Of a stretch of 64,000 bases of DNA, positions 38,126 through 47,133 are shown piece after piece (position 1 is the stretch's first letter; each line of letters opens with the position of its first letter). The position numbers and the translations under genes were made by a program. The DNA lies in the NCBI GenBank assembly GCA_041690135.1, contig JAWLHY010000002.1, positions 1,168,342 to 1,232,341 of the forward strand, read 5' to 3'. Source of the stretch: Armatimonadota bacterium. GTDB taxonomy: Bacteria; Armatimonadota; SYMT01. The notes under the pieces are model-generated. The model was not told where the DNA came from and made no database searches. It saw only the letters and a list, made by a program, of their open reading frames with translations.

Positions 38126-39169
38126 ATGCGAGTGGGTCACTTCATTTGCGGGCTGAACCCGTTCGGCACGGAACGCGTGCTGGAGACGCTGCTGCGCCAT
38201 CGCGGTCCCGCCTTCTCCGACCAGTTCGTGGTGAGCTACTGGGACGGCCCGATGCGCGCCGCGTACGAAGCGCTGGGAGTGCCGGTGCGGGTCTCGCGTG
38301 AGGAAGAGGACCTCCGCCGGTGGCTGGCGGAGGCAGACCTTGTCAACGTGCACCTGCTCTTCGCGTCGCAATTGCCCCCGGCGCTCGCCGGTGATTTCTG
38401 CCGGCCGCGGATCATCACCATCCATTGGGCGGCGCCGTTCCCGCCGGACTGTGCCGATCACTTCATCCCTACTTCCGCCGCCGCCCATGTGTTGCAGTCC
38501 GATCCGACCCGGTGCACCCTGATCGAGAATGGCGTGGACCTGGACCGGTTCGACGGCCGGCGAAAGTGGGCTTGGCGCTGCGCCATCACGCGGGTTTCGC
38601 GGCCGGAGAAGTGCGCGGAGTTCTTCTGGGAGGGACTAACGCCGGTGCTGGAGCGCCACCGCCGGGTCGAGCTCTGGCTCGTGGGTACGGAAGAATCGGA
38701 GGGGCCGGCACACGGGCGGGTTCGGCCTCTCGGCGTCGTCAGCGACGTAGCCGAGGTGCTCGCCCGCAGCCGCCTCTTCGTGCACACGCCCCGCCCTGGC
38801 GAGGGGGCCAAGGATCTCTCGGTGATGGAAGCGATGGCTATGGGTCTTCCTTGCGTGGGGAGCGACGTGCCGTGCGTCCGGGAGTCCGCGGGTGAGGGGA
38901 GTGGGGTATTGCTGGTTCCCTACAACGACGGTGCTGCGCTGGGGGCGGCCGTGGATCGGCTGCTGCGGGACTGGATGGAGGCGTCCCAGCGAGGCAAGGC
39001 GGCCCGGCGTTACGCCGTGGAGCACTTCGACATGCGCCCGCGGGTGCGTATGTACGAGCGGGTGTATGAAAAGGTCGCGCTGGCATCCGGGCGGATCACG
39101 GGCGGCGCCGCGTCGGAGGTGGGTCATCTAGCCGGCCCATCGGAAGCAGTGCTCACTGCATCCGGATAG
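38126..39169 (+). CDS. GT4 (GT-B) glycosyltransferase
   Basis: GTERV; IENGVDLDRF; EGAKDLSVMEAMAMGLPCVGSDV. Confidence 0.88.
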   Translation: MRVGHFICGLNPFGTERVLETLLRHRGPAFSDQFVVSYWDGPMRAAYEALGVPVRVSREEEDLRRWLAEADLVNVHLLFASQLPPALAGDFCRPRIITIHWAAPFPPDCADHFIPTSAAAHVLQSDPTRCTLIENGVDLDRFDGRRKWAWRCAITRVSRPEKCAEFFWEGLTPVLERHRRVELWLVGTEESEGPAHGRVRPLGVVSDVAEVLARSRLFVHTPRPGEGAKDLSVMEAMAMGLPCVGSDVPCVRESAGEGSGVLLVPYNDGAALGAAVDRLLRDWMEASQRGKAARRYAVEHFDMRPRVRMYERVYEKVALASGRITGGAASEVGHLAGPSEAVLTASG

Positions 39170-39213
39170 GGCAGGCTATGACACAAACAGTCCAGCCGTA
39201 ACGCAACAGGCGT

Positions 39214-40020
39214 TTACCCGGCGAACAGTCGCGGATACTCCGCGGCCATCTGGAGCAGTTCGTCGTTCGAATAGGTCCTTCGCACCACCGGCCGCCACTC
39301 GTTGGAAGAGAGCGAGAGATCCCAGGGGCAGATAGAGCGCACCCAGTCCAGGTGATCGCTCAACTGGCCGGTCTCCGGATCTCGGCGGGTGTAGTGGATG
39401 ATCTGGCAGTTATGGATGCGATCGTGCGGATCTTCGGACCCCAGGAGGCGGTCCATGTCGCGGATCAACAGCCGCTCGATCAGGTGCCGCGCCTCCCACA
39501 GCACGCCTTCGTGGCTCACCACCAGCGCCCGCTGCATCGCGTACTTGCGGTGCAGGATCTGCTGAATGCGGTCCCACTTCAGGGAGATATCCTCGAAGCC
39601 CTCACCTTGCGCCGCCCTCCACAGGTACGGGTAGCGCTTCCGCATTTCCAACGAGGCCCCGAAGCGCTCCACCTTCTCCTTATGAGGCAGCACCTCAAGC
39701 TCGCCGAGGCTACGCTCGCGGAGGTAGAGGTACGGATGCCACTGGGCGCCCGGAATTTCCAGGTAGGCCGCCGTCTCCATGGCGCGCACCCACTCCGAGG
39801 TGAGGTGGACATCGAAGGGTAGCTTCGCCTCCCGGCGCAGGAACTCTCCCGCCGCTTTAGCCTGCTCGATGCCCCGGTCCGTGAGGTGCCACTCCGAGCT
39901 GTGCCGGCTCAGGTGTTCGGGGGTGAACAGGCTATCATCCCCGGCGCGCGACCGCCGGTTGACCAGGTTTCCTTCGGATTCGCCGTGACGGACCAGGTAG
40001 AGATCTTCCGGCATGGGCAT
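39214..40020 (-). CDS. Histidine phosphatase (phosphoglycerate mutase) family
   Basis: LVRHGESEGN; LTDRGIEQA; VVSHE. Confidence 0.88.
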   Translation of the reverse strand: MPMPEDLYLVRHGESEGNLVNRRSRAGDDSLFTPEHLSRHSSEWHLTDRGIEQAKAAGEFLRREAKLPFDVHLTSEWVRAMETAAYLEIPGAQWHPYLYLRERSLGELEVLPHKEKVERFGASLEMRKRYPYLWRAAQGEGFEDISLKWDRIQQILHRKYAMQRALVVSHEGVLWEARHLIERLLIRDMDRLLGSEDPHDRIHNCQIIHYTRRDPETGQLSDHLDWVRSICPWDLSLSSNEWRPVVRRTYSNDELLQMAAEYPRLFAG

Positions 40021-40201
40021 GATTGCACTCCTTTTCCAACAAGCCTTCAGTTCTCTAACGAGCAAAGGACAGCTTCGGTTCGCATTTGCCGGCAGTTATA
40101 TTTAGGTATTGACCTAAGTATCTGGCGGTGTTAGAGTGCGGATGGCGGTACTTGCCGGGTGAACGGCAAGTCGCCGGCCGTGCGAGGGGAGGAGGGTTTC
40201 G

Positions 40202-40540
40202 ATGACCGAAGTGATGGAGCCGATCGATCAGGTGTTTCGGGCGCTGTCCGACCCGACGCGCCGGCAGGTGCTGGCGCGGCTGAGCCGCAGCCCGGCCTCC
40301 GTAAGCGAGCTGGCGCAGCCGTTCGACATGGCCCTTCCTTCGTTCGTCCAGCACCTCCGCGTTCTGGAAGAGAGTGGTCTCGTGCGCTCCGCGAAGCGGG
40401 GCCGGGTTCGCACCTACCGGATCGCCCCGCAGCGCATGAAACTCGCGGAAGACTGGCTCGCCGAGCAGCGCCAGTTGTGGGAGCGCCGCCTCGACCAGCT
40501 CGACGCCTACCTGCTCGAACTCAAGGAGAAGAGTGAATGA
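40202..40540 (+). CDS. ArsR/SmtB regulator
   Basis: [10 protein letters not shown]; [12 protein letters not shown]. Confidence 0.92.
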   Translation: MTEVMEPIDQVFRALSDPTRRQVLARLSRSPASVSELAQPFDMALPSFVQHLRVLEESGLVRSAKRGRVRTYRIAPQRMKLAEDWLAEQRQLWERRLDQLDAYLLELKEKSE

Positions 40541-41049
40541 AACAGACCCCTCTGTCGGTACCGGACCCGGCCCTCGACCTGGTTCTGGAGCGTGTGATCG
40601 ACGTCCCGCGTGAGCTGGTGTGGGCCGCCTGGACCCAGCCCGAGCATGTCCGCGAATGGTTTACCCCGCGGCCCTGGACGGTCTCGGAGTGCGAGATCGA
40701 TCTCCGTCCCGGCGGGATCTTCCGCACGGTGATGTGCGGACCGGAAGGGGAAAGGTTTACGAACGTCGGCTGCTACCTGGAGGTGGTCCCGAACGAGCGG
40801 CTGGTCTGGACCGACGCCCTGCATCCGGGCTACCGCCCCGCGCCGGCCCAATCCGAGGGCTGCGGACTGTGCGGCTTCTTCACGGCGATTGTGGAGCTGC
40901 GGCCGGAAGGCGCCGGCACCCGGTACATCGCCACGGCACTGCACGCGGACGAGGCCGGCCGCCAGCAGCATGAGGAGATGGGCTTCTACGACGGGTGGGG
41001 TGCCGCCCTCGACCAACTCGTGGAGCTAGTCAAGCGCATGCAGCAGTAA
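40537..41049 (+). CDS. SRPBCC (AHSA1-like) protein
   Basis: [17 protein letters not shown]; [11 protein letters not shown]; ATGA overlap with the ArsR gene. Confidence 0.92.
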   Translation: MKQTPLSVPDPALDLVLERVIDVPRELVWAAWTQPEHVREWFTPRPWTVSECEIDLRPGGIFRTVMCGPEGERFTNVGCYLEVVPNERLVWTDALHPGYRPAPAQSEGCGLCGFFTAIVELRPEGAGTRYIATALHADEAGRQQHEEMGFYDGWGAALDQLVELVKRMQQ

Positions 41050-41061
41050 CTTCTGGCTTGT

Positions 41062-41092
41062 CCCCGGCACCGGACGCTCTCCGGTGCCGGGG
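41062..41092. terminator. GC-rich hairpin after the SRPBCC gene
   Basis: CCCCGGCACCGGA/TCCGGTGCCGGGG stem; no U-tail. Confidence 0.45.
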
Positions 41093-41534
41093 CAGCCCTG
41101 GGGTGCCGCACGAATTATTCAGATATTCACCAGTCCCCTCGCGATCCTAGCTGGCCCTGCCGTTTGCCTTGCCCACCCGTACCTACCTTCTGCCCCAGGC
41201 GGGAGTCCCGACGACAGTCGGGTGCTTGCGACCTCCGCCCGCTGCTCCTGTCCTGCCAGCCGCAGTCAGACTCTGCCCCCTCACGGAGTCCCGGCTTCAG
41301 CCGGTTAGCTTGCGACCTTTGCCCCAGTTGCCCGTCCTGAGCCTCCGCAGCCATCTCGCTCCCGGCCCGCCACCTCGTACACGATGTCCCCTGCGTCCGG
41401 TCCTGCCTTCCCAGGATACGGCGCTCAGCCTATCTGGAGGCAGGTGCCGTGCGTCCTTTCCTCGAACTGCGCTCAGAGGGTGCCGCTCCTCCTCCGGAGC
41501 CGCACCTGGAGATCTCGAGAAAGCAGGTACCAGG

Positions 41535-42431
41535 ATGAAGCCGGAACGACCCTCCGTTTCCCCGGAAGCGATCGAGGCCTACAACCTCTACATCCACGGC
41601 AAGATCGACCGCCGCACCTTTATGGACCGGGTGGCGAGCCTTGCGACAACCGCCTTCGCCACTGCCGCCATCCTCGACCAGTTGATGCCGAACTACGCAG
41701 CGGCGCAGCAGGTGGCGCCGGAAGATCCGCGTCTCAAGACGGAGCGGGTGACCATCCCTTCTCCGCAGGGGAACGGCAGCATCCAAGGTTACCTGGTGCG
41801 ACCGGCCGCCGCGGCCGGAAAGAAGTTGCCGGCGATCATGGTGGTCCACGAGAACCGGGGTCTCAACCCGCACATCGAGGACGTTACCCGGCGGATCGCC
41901 CTGGAGAACTTCATGGCCCTGGCGCCCGACGGCCTCACTTCCGTGGGCGGTTACCCGGGTGACGACGATAAGGGCGGCCAGTTGTTCCGCCAGGTGGACC
42001 GGGCGAAGATGGCGGAAGACATGCACGCCGCGGCGGTGTGGCTGAAAAACCGGCCGGACAGCACCGGGAAGCTGGGCGTTACCGGCTTCTGCTTCGGCGG
42101 CGGTATTTCGAACCAGCTCGCAGTGCGGATGGGGACGGGCCTGGCCGCGGCCGTGCCGTTCTACGGCTCGGCGCCCCCGCTGGAGGACGTGCCGAAGATC
42201 AAAGCCGCGGTGCTGGTGCACCACGGTGAGGAAGACCGCCGCCTGGTGCAGGCGTGGCCCGCCCACGAGTCCGCGCTGAAGGCGGCCGGGGTTACCTACG
42301 AGGGCCACATCTATCCCGGCGCCGGCCACGGCTTCAACAACGACGCCACCGCCGCGCGCTACAAGAAGGATGCGGCCGACCTGGCGTTCAAGCGCACTAT
42401 CGCCTGGTTCAACAAATACGTCCGCGGCTAA
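41535..42431 (+). CDS. Dienelactone hydrolase family (YghX-like)
   Basis: VHENRGLNPHIED; GFCFGG; GHGFNND. Confidence 0.92.
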   Translation: MKPERPSVSPEAIEAYNLYIHGKIDRRTFMDRVASLATTAFATAAILDQLMPNYAAAQQVAPEDPRLKTERVTIPSPQGNGSIQGYLVRPAAAAGKKLPAIMVVHENRGLNPHIEDVTRRIALENFMALAPDGLTSVGGYPGDDDKGGQLFRQVDRAKMAEDMHAAAVWLKNRPDSTGKLGVTGFCFGGGISNQLAVRMGTGLAAAVPFYGSAPPLEDVPKIKAAVLVHHGEEDRRLVQAWPAHESALKAAGVTYEGHIYPGAGHGFNNDATAARYKKDAADLAFKRTIAWFNKYVRG

Positions 42432-42466
42432 CGGGTCGCAGCTAGCAAAGAAGGATCGAGAATCGC

Positions 42467-44569
42467 ATGCGGAGTTGGGGTTTGGCTCTGGTCGGCGCGC
42501 TGGTGGTGCCGTCGTACCTGGTCGTGGCGGGAGCGAGCGCGGAGCGGAAGGCGGAGAAGGGGACCGAGTGGGCCAGCTACGGCGGCGGACCCGAAGGCAT
42601 CCGCTATTCGCCGCTCGCCCAGATCAATCGCTCCAACGTCCAGCAGTTGCAGGTGGCCTGGACCTACGATACCGGCGAGGGCCCCGGCGGCACCCAGGCC
42701 CAGCCGCTGGTGGCCGGGGGCGTGCTGTACACCACCACTCCCCGTCACAACCTGTTAGCGCTGGACGCCGCCACCGGAAAGCAGCTCTGGAAGTTCGAGC
42801 CGGGCGTTACCGGGCGCGGGGCGAACCGCGGTGTTGCTTGCTGGGAGAAGAAGGGCGAGCGGCGCATCTTCACCTCGGTCCAGCACTGGCTCTACGCCGT
42901 GGACGGCGCCACCGGCAAGCCGATCCCCAGCTTCGGCAACCAGGGGCGGATCGATCTTCGCGAGGGATTGGGTCGCGACCCGGCGAAGCAGTCGATCCTC
43001 CTCACCACCCCGGGAGTGGTCTACAAAGACCTGCTGATCGTCGGTGGCCGCACCTCCGAGGGTCTGCCCGCCACCCCCGGCGACATTCGTGCCTACGACG
43101 TTCGCACCGGCAAGTTGAAGTGGTCGTTCCACACGATCCCCCGGCCTGGCGAGTTCGGCTACGAGACCTGGCCCCGGTACGCCTACAAGGTGGCCGGGTC
43201 CGCCAACAACTGGGCCGGGATGGTGGTAGACGTGAAACGGGGGATCGTGTTCGCCCCGACCGGCTCCTCGGCCATGGACTTCTACGGGGCGAACCGGGTG
43301 GGGGACAACCTCTTCGCCAACTCGCTCGTGGCGCTCGATGCGAATACCGGCAAGCGCAAGTGGCACTTCCAGGCCGTGAAACACGACATCTGGGACCGCG
43401 ACTTTCCCTCGCCGCCCGCCCTGGTGCGCGTGAAGCGCGGCCGGAAGTGGATCGACGCCGTGGCGCAGACCGCCAAGACCGGGCACGTCTACGTCTTCGA
43501 GCGGACCACCGGGAAGCCTCTCTTCCCAATCGAGTACCAGGAATACCCGGCGAGCGACACCCCGGGCGAGGTGACCTCAAAGACCCAGCCCCTGCCCACG
43601 AAGCCGGCGCCGTTCTCGCGGCAGTCCGTCACCGAGGCGATGCTGACGAACCGCACGCCGGAAGCGCGCAAGTGGGCCGTCGAGAAGTTCCGCACCTTCC
43701 ACGGCGGCACCCCCTTCGTGCCGTTCCGGGTGGTCCAGGAGACGATCATCTTCCCCGGCTTCGATGGCGGCGCGGAGTGGGGCGGCCCAGCGTACGATCC
43801 CGAGTCGAACCTCCTCTACGTCAACGCCAACGACCTGGTCTGGACCGCCAGCCTGGCCAAGAACGCCATCGCCAAGTCCGGCCGCCAGCTTTACCTGCAG
43901 CACTGCGCCAACTGCCACGGCGACACTCTGGCCGGATCCCCGCCGCAGATGCCGTCGCTGCTGAATCTGGAGCCGAAGTGGGACGTGCCCGCGATTGAGA
44001 AGATCACCCGCGAGGGGGCCGGACGCATGCCCGGCTTCCCGAACCTGACGGCGCAGGAGGTGCGGTCGGTCTCCGAGTACGTGAAGAGCGGCGAAAGCAA
44101 GGAAATCCAGCCGGACGAAGCCGCCGTGACGCAGCTCGACTACCGCTTCACCGGCTACAAGAAGTTCTACGATCCGGACGGCTACCCGGCGGTCGCGCCG
44201 CCCTGGGGCACCCTGAACGCCATCAACCTCAGCACCGGGGAGTACGCCTGGAAGATCCCGTTCGGCGAGTACCCGGAACTGGCTGCGAAGGGTATGAAGA
44301 ACACCGGCAGCGAGAACTACGGCGGCCCCGTGGTCACCGCGGGTGGCCTCCTCTTCATCGCCGCCACCAACTACGACCGCAAGTTCCGCGCCTTCGACAA
44401 AGCGACCGGCCAGCTTCTCTGGGAGACCACCCTGCCGTTTTCCGCCAACGCCACGCCGGCGGTCTACTCCGTCGGCGGCAAGCAGTACGTGGTGATCACC
44501 TCGGAAGGGTCCAAGAGCCGCCCCACCGATCCGAAGGGGAGCAAGGTCATCGCGTTTGCGTTGCCTTGA
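42467..44569 (+). CDS. PQQ-dependent dehydrogenase with an inserted cytochrome c domain
   Basis: RYSPLAQIN; HDIWDRD; CANCH; PPWGTLNAI. Confidence 0.9.
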   Translation: MRSWGLALVGALVVPSYLVVAGASAERKAEKGTEWASYGGGPEGIRYSPLAQINRSNVQQLQVAWTYDTGEGPGGTQAQPLVAGGVLYTTTPRHNLLALDAATGKQLWKFEPGVTGRGANRGVACWEKKGERRIFTSVQHWLYAVDGATGKPIPSFGNQGRIDLREGLGRDPAKQSILLTTPGVVYKDLLIVGGRTSEGLPATPGDIRAYDVRTGKLKWSFHTIPRPGEFGYETWPRYAYKVAGSANNWAGMVVDVKRGIVFAPTGSSAMDFYGANRVGDNLFANSLVALDANTGKRKWHFQAVKHDIWDRDFPSPPALVRVKRGRKWIDAVAQTAKTGHVYVFERTTGKPLFPIEYQEYPASDTPGEVTSKTQPLPTKPAPFSRQSVTEAMLTNRTPEARKWAVEKFRTFHGGTPFVPFRVVQETIIFPGFDGGAEWGGPAYDPESNLLYVNANDLVWTASLAKNAIAKSGRQLYLQHCANCHGDTLAGSPPQMPSLLNLEPKWDVPAIEKITREGAGRMPGFPNLTAQEVRSVSEYVKSGESKEIQPDEAAVTQLDYRFTGYKKFYDPDGYPAVAPPWGTLNAINLSTGEYAWKIPFGEYPELAAKGMKNTGSENYGGPVVTAGGLLFIAATNYDRKFRAFDKATGQLLWETTLPFSANATPAVYSVGGKQYVVITSEGSKSRPTDPKGSKVIAFALP

Positions 44570-44702
44570 TCCTGACCTCTGGATGGGGCTCGTATTTACG
44601 ACCTGACGGCCGTGTTTGACGAGGAAGTCAATCTTTGTGTTGTCTAATGACGAAGGTCGGCATCCTCGTTTTATGACAGCCATCAGATAGTCCCCCCGCG
44701 CC

Positions 44703-44855
44703 GTAAGGGTAAGGGGGAACTATCTGAACAGTCTTGACTACGCGGCACAAACCTGTTTTTCAATGCAGGTCAGCGAGCCTTGCCGGAGTGACGGCGCTTG
44801 CGCGGCCCCCCTCTGGGAATCCGTACCTGCTCAGTTACCTGCACAGACCCGTTAG
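44703..44855. mobile_element. MITE family A, inverted copy
   Basis: Reverse complement of 46173-46325 (CTTGCCGGAGTGACGGCGCTTGCGCGGCC core). Confidence 0.75.
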
Positions 44856-45895
44856 TTTTCGCTGGGGAAGTAGCCGGGTGTTATCTCAACTGAGCCGGCA
44901 CTATCGCCTTCCACGCTCACTTTTAGACCATCGTGCCCGAACATCATTAGGCAGCGAATTCGTAGTTTCACGTCATCAGTGTCCTCCTGACATGGCCCGG
45001 AGGAGATAGTGCGAGAATCGCGGTCGTACTGGATCACTGAAACAAAGCGTCGAGAAATCCACTCACCCCGAACTTGGAACTGAAGTGAACCAGCCAGCCA
45101 GAAATCCGCTGCGCGTTCAACTTCATCTTCCATCCGAAACTGATCGAAGCAGGTGGTAGGGGCAACGATGCTTCGGAACTTGATTGCCAATTGCGCCTTC
45201 GGAGGAAGGGCTTCCAAACCAAGACGAACTGTTGAGAAGCCTGGTGCCGCCAGTCCGGTTCCTCTTGCAGTGCCACCTCCTGTGGCATTCACTTGGAGAG
45301 GAAACACTTGTGGTTTCCACGCAAGAACCAGACCGGGCGGCCCATCGACCCTACCGCCAGGCTTGATAAGTTCGGGGAACTGGAGATCCGCAACCAACTG
45401 CCGGAATGGACGGTTCGCTTGGTTCTGGATGACGAGCACGTGTTCCCGGAGCGTCTCGCAGTCCACGCCCGACACGCCGTCTGTTCCTGGCCAGTCCAGC
45501 GAAAGGCCAGCCCTCGTCTGTATCCGGATGAGTGGCAAGGGAGGGTTCCATCCCTCGCCATCGATCCATTGCTCGTGTAGACGCTTCCAATTCCGCAACA
45601 GCGTAGCGGGGTAGCGCGCTTCATCATCGTCCACTTTGTCGGCGTGGTCCGCGCATAGCCAGATCCCGTTCTCGGCACTCTTGCGTTGTTCGTCAGTTTG
45701 ATTGGGATCGAAACGGGGGCCATTCGGCGAGGCAGCATGGATGTGTGATGCTCTCCCGGTTCTCACCGCTCTTCCCGGATCTGTATGGGGGCCGGCTGTC
45801 AATCGACGACAGTCTGGGTTCGAGCAGATGTAGCAAGCCCTTTCCGCTAGGACGCGGCGAACCCTATCGCTGAAGTCACTTTCACGCCTAGCCAC
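44852..45895 (-). CDS. HNH endonuclease-domain protein with unknown C-terminal domain (ORF open to 45961)
   Basis: CSNPDC..ASHIHAASPNGPRF..NGIWLCADH..VD; AT-richer codon usage. Confidence 0.75.
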   Translation of the reverse strand: MARRESDFSDRVRRVLAERACYICSNPDCRRLTAGPHTDPGRAVRTGRASHIHAASPNGPRFDPNQTDEQRKSAENGIWLCADHADKVDDDEARYPATLLRNWKRLHEQWIDGEGWNPPLPLIRIQTRAGLSLDWPGTDGVSGVDCETLREHVLVIQNQANRPFRQLVADLQFPELIKPGGRVDGPPGLVLAWKPQVFPLQVNATGGGTARGTGLAAPGFSTVRLGLEALPPKAQLAIKFRSIVAPTTCFDQFRMEDEVERAADFWLAGSLQFQVRGEWISRRFVSVIQYDRDSRTISSGPCQEDTDDVKLRIRCLMMFGHDGLKVSVEGDSAGSVEITPGYFPSEN

Positions 45896-46172
45896 GGGGG
45901 TCCCCTTCCAGATCACTCCAAGAACTCGAACTGTTGCTTGATTATATAGTCGTTTCAACATCGACGCAGATTTCGTCGCTTCAGCTTACTCTGCGACGTG
46001 TGGAAAGACTCTGTCCAATTCGCACGGTCCAGATCCTTACGCCCAGGGGTGAGAGGGTCCCAACCGTGGGAACGGGTGCGCAAGAAGAAGAGGTCACCAT
46101 TTGGGAATAAGCAATCCCCAAGGTCGCCATCATCCTCGTTCTACGATACCTAACGTGTGGTCCCTTCGTGCG

Positions 46173-46325
46173 CAAAGGGTTTGTGCAAGTAACTGGGCAG
46201 GTACGGATCCCCACAGGGGGGCCGCGCAAGCGCCGGCACTCCGGCAAGAATCGCTGACCTGCATTGAGAAACAGACTCGTAGCAAGAGGTCAGGGCCTGT
46301 TCAGTTACTCCCACCAACCTCTTAG
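46173..46325. mobile_element. MITE family A copy
   Basis: AGTAACTGGGCAGGTAC...GCGCAAGCGCCGGCACTCCGGCAAG...CCAACCTCTTAG. Confidence 0.75.
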
Positions 46326-46368
46326 TCACTCTCAAGCCCCCTCTCCATAGGGATAAGCTTGCGCCTTT

Positions 46369-46980
46369 GGCCCTGTGCTCGGCCTTTGATGCTCGTCCCT
46401 CGCTAGCGGCCGGCTGCGGGCGTGCGAGCTTCCGCCGTCTTCCCGCGCCAAAACCTGCGGATGGATTCAAGACGGCGATTCACGGGAGCCTGCAAGTGCC
46501 GTCGAGCGACCTCCCCCCTTCGGGGAGGTCACAATTGGGGGCGTCCGACACGCCCCCAGAGGTGGTGATTGCTGTTTGGAGCACGAGTAGATACCTAGGC
46601 CGTTGCCATCCTGTCCGATCCTTGGTGTCACAACGGATGCTAACCCGAGCCGGCCGGGGCCGGCACTTGTGGTCTCCCGGGGTACCCGCGTGCGGGTCGT
46701 GGGGGGACAGCTTGAAGGCACCGGTTCGCCACCCGTACACGCCCGGCAGAAGGCAAAGAGCCAGGCTGTCTCGCGGGAAGCTAGTCTTGCCAAGCACGCC
46801 CGGAGCCGGCCGCTAGCGAGGGACGAGCGTGAAAGGCCGAGCGCAGGGCCCATTGACGCGGGAGGGTGGCGAGCCGGTGGCAAGGGCTGGGGGGGAACCA
46901 CGGGAGTCGCATTGGGAGAGGAGAAACATCAACGTTGCTGCTGAACCCAAAGGCTTTGCGGCAACACCACCTCCTGCGGA
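46369..46980. repeat. Repeat family B, copy 1 (long inverted arms, internal hairpins)
   Basis: ~50-bp inverted arms (CGCTAGCGAGGGACGAGCGTGAAAGGCCGAGCG); internal GGGGCGTCCGACACGCCCC shared with 53490-54258. Confidence 0.7.
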
Positions 46981-47133
46981 ACGGAAAAGGTCCACGCCAC
47001 TCCAGCACGGCACTGCGTTTTGGGAGAGGTAAGGAGCCAGGACGCAACGAGGACTTCCCTTCCGCATGCCACAAATAATAGAGGAAACGGCAGGCGGGCA
47101 GATTCTCCGTCAGCCTGTGAAGTGGGAATGGGA

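Noticed and set aside
46369-46980. Group II intron remnant
   Set aside because: No recognisable domain V/VI or GUGCG 5' end and no RT fragment
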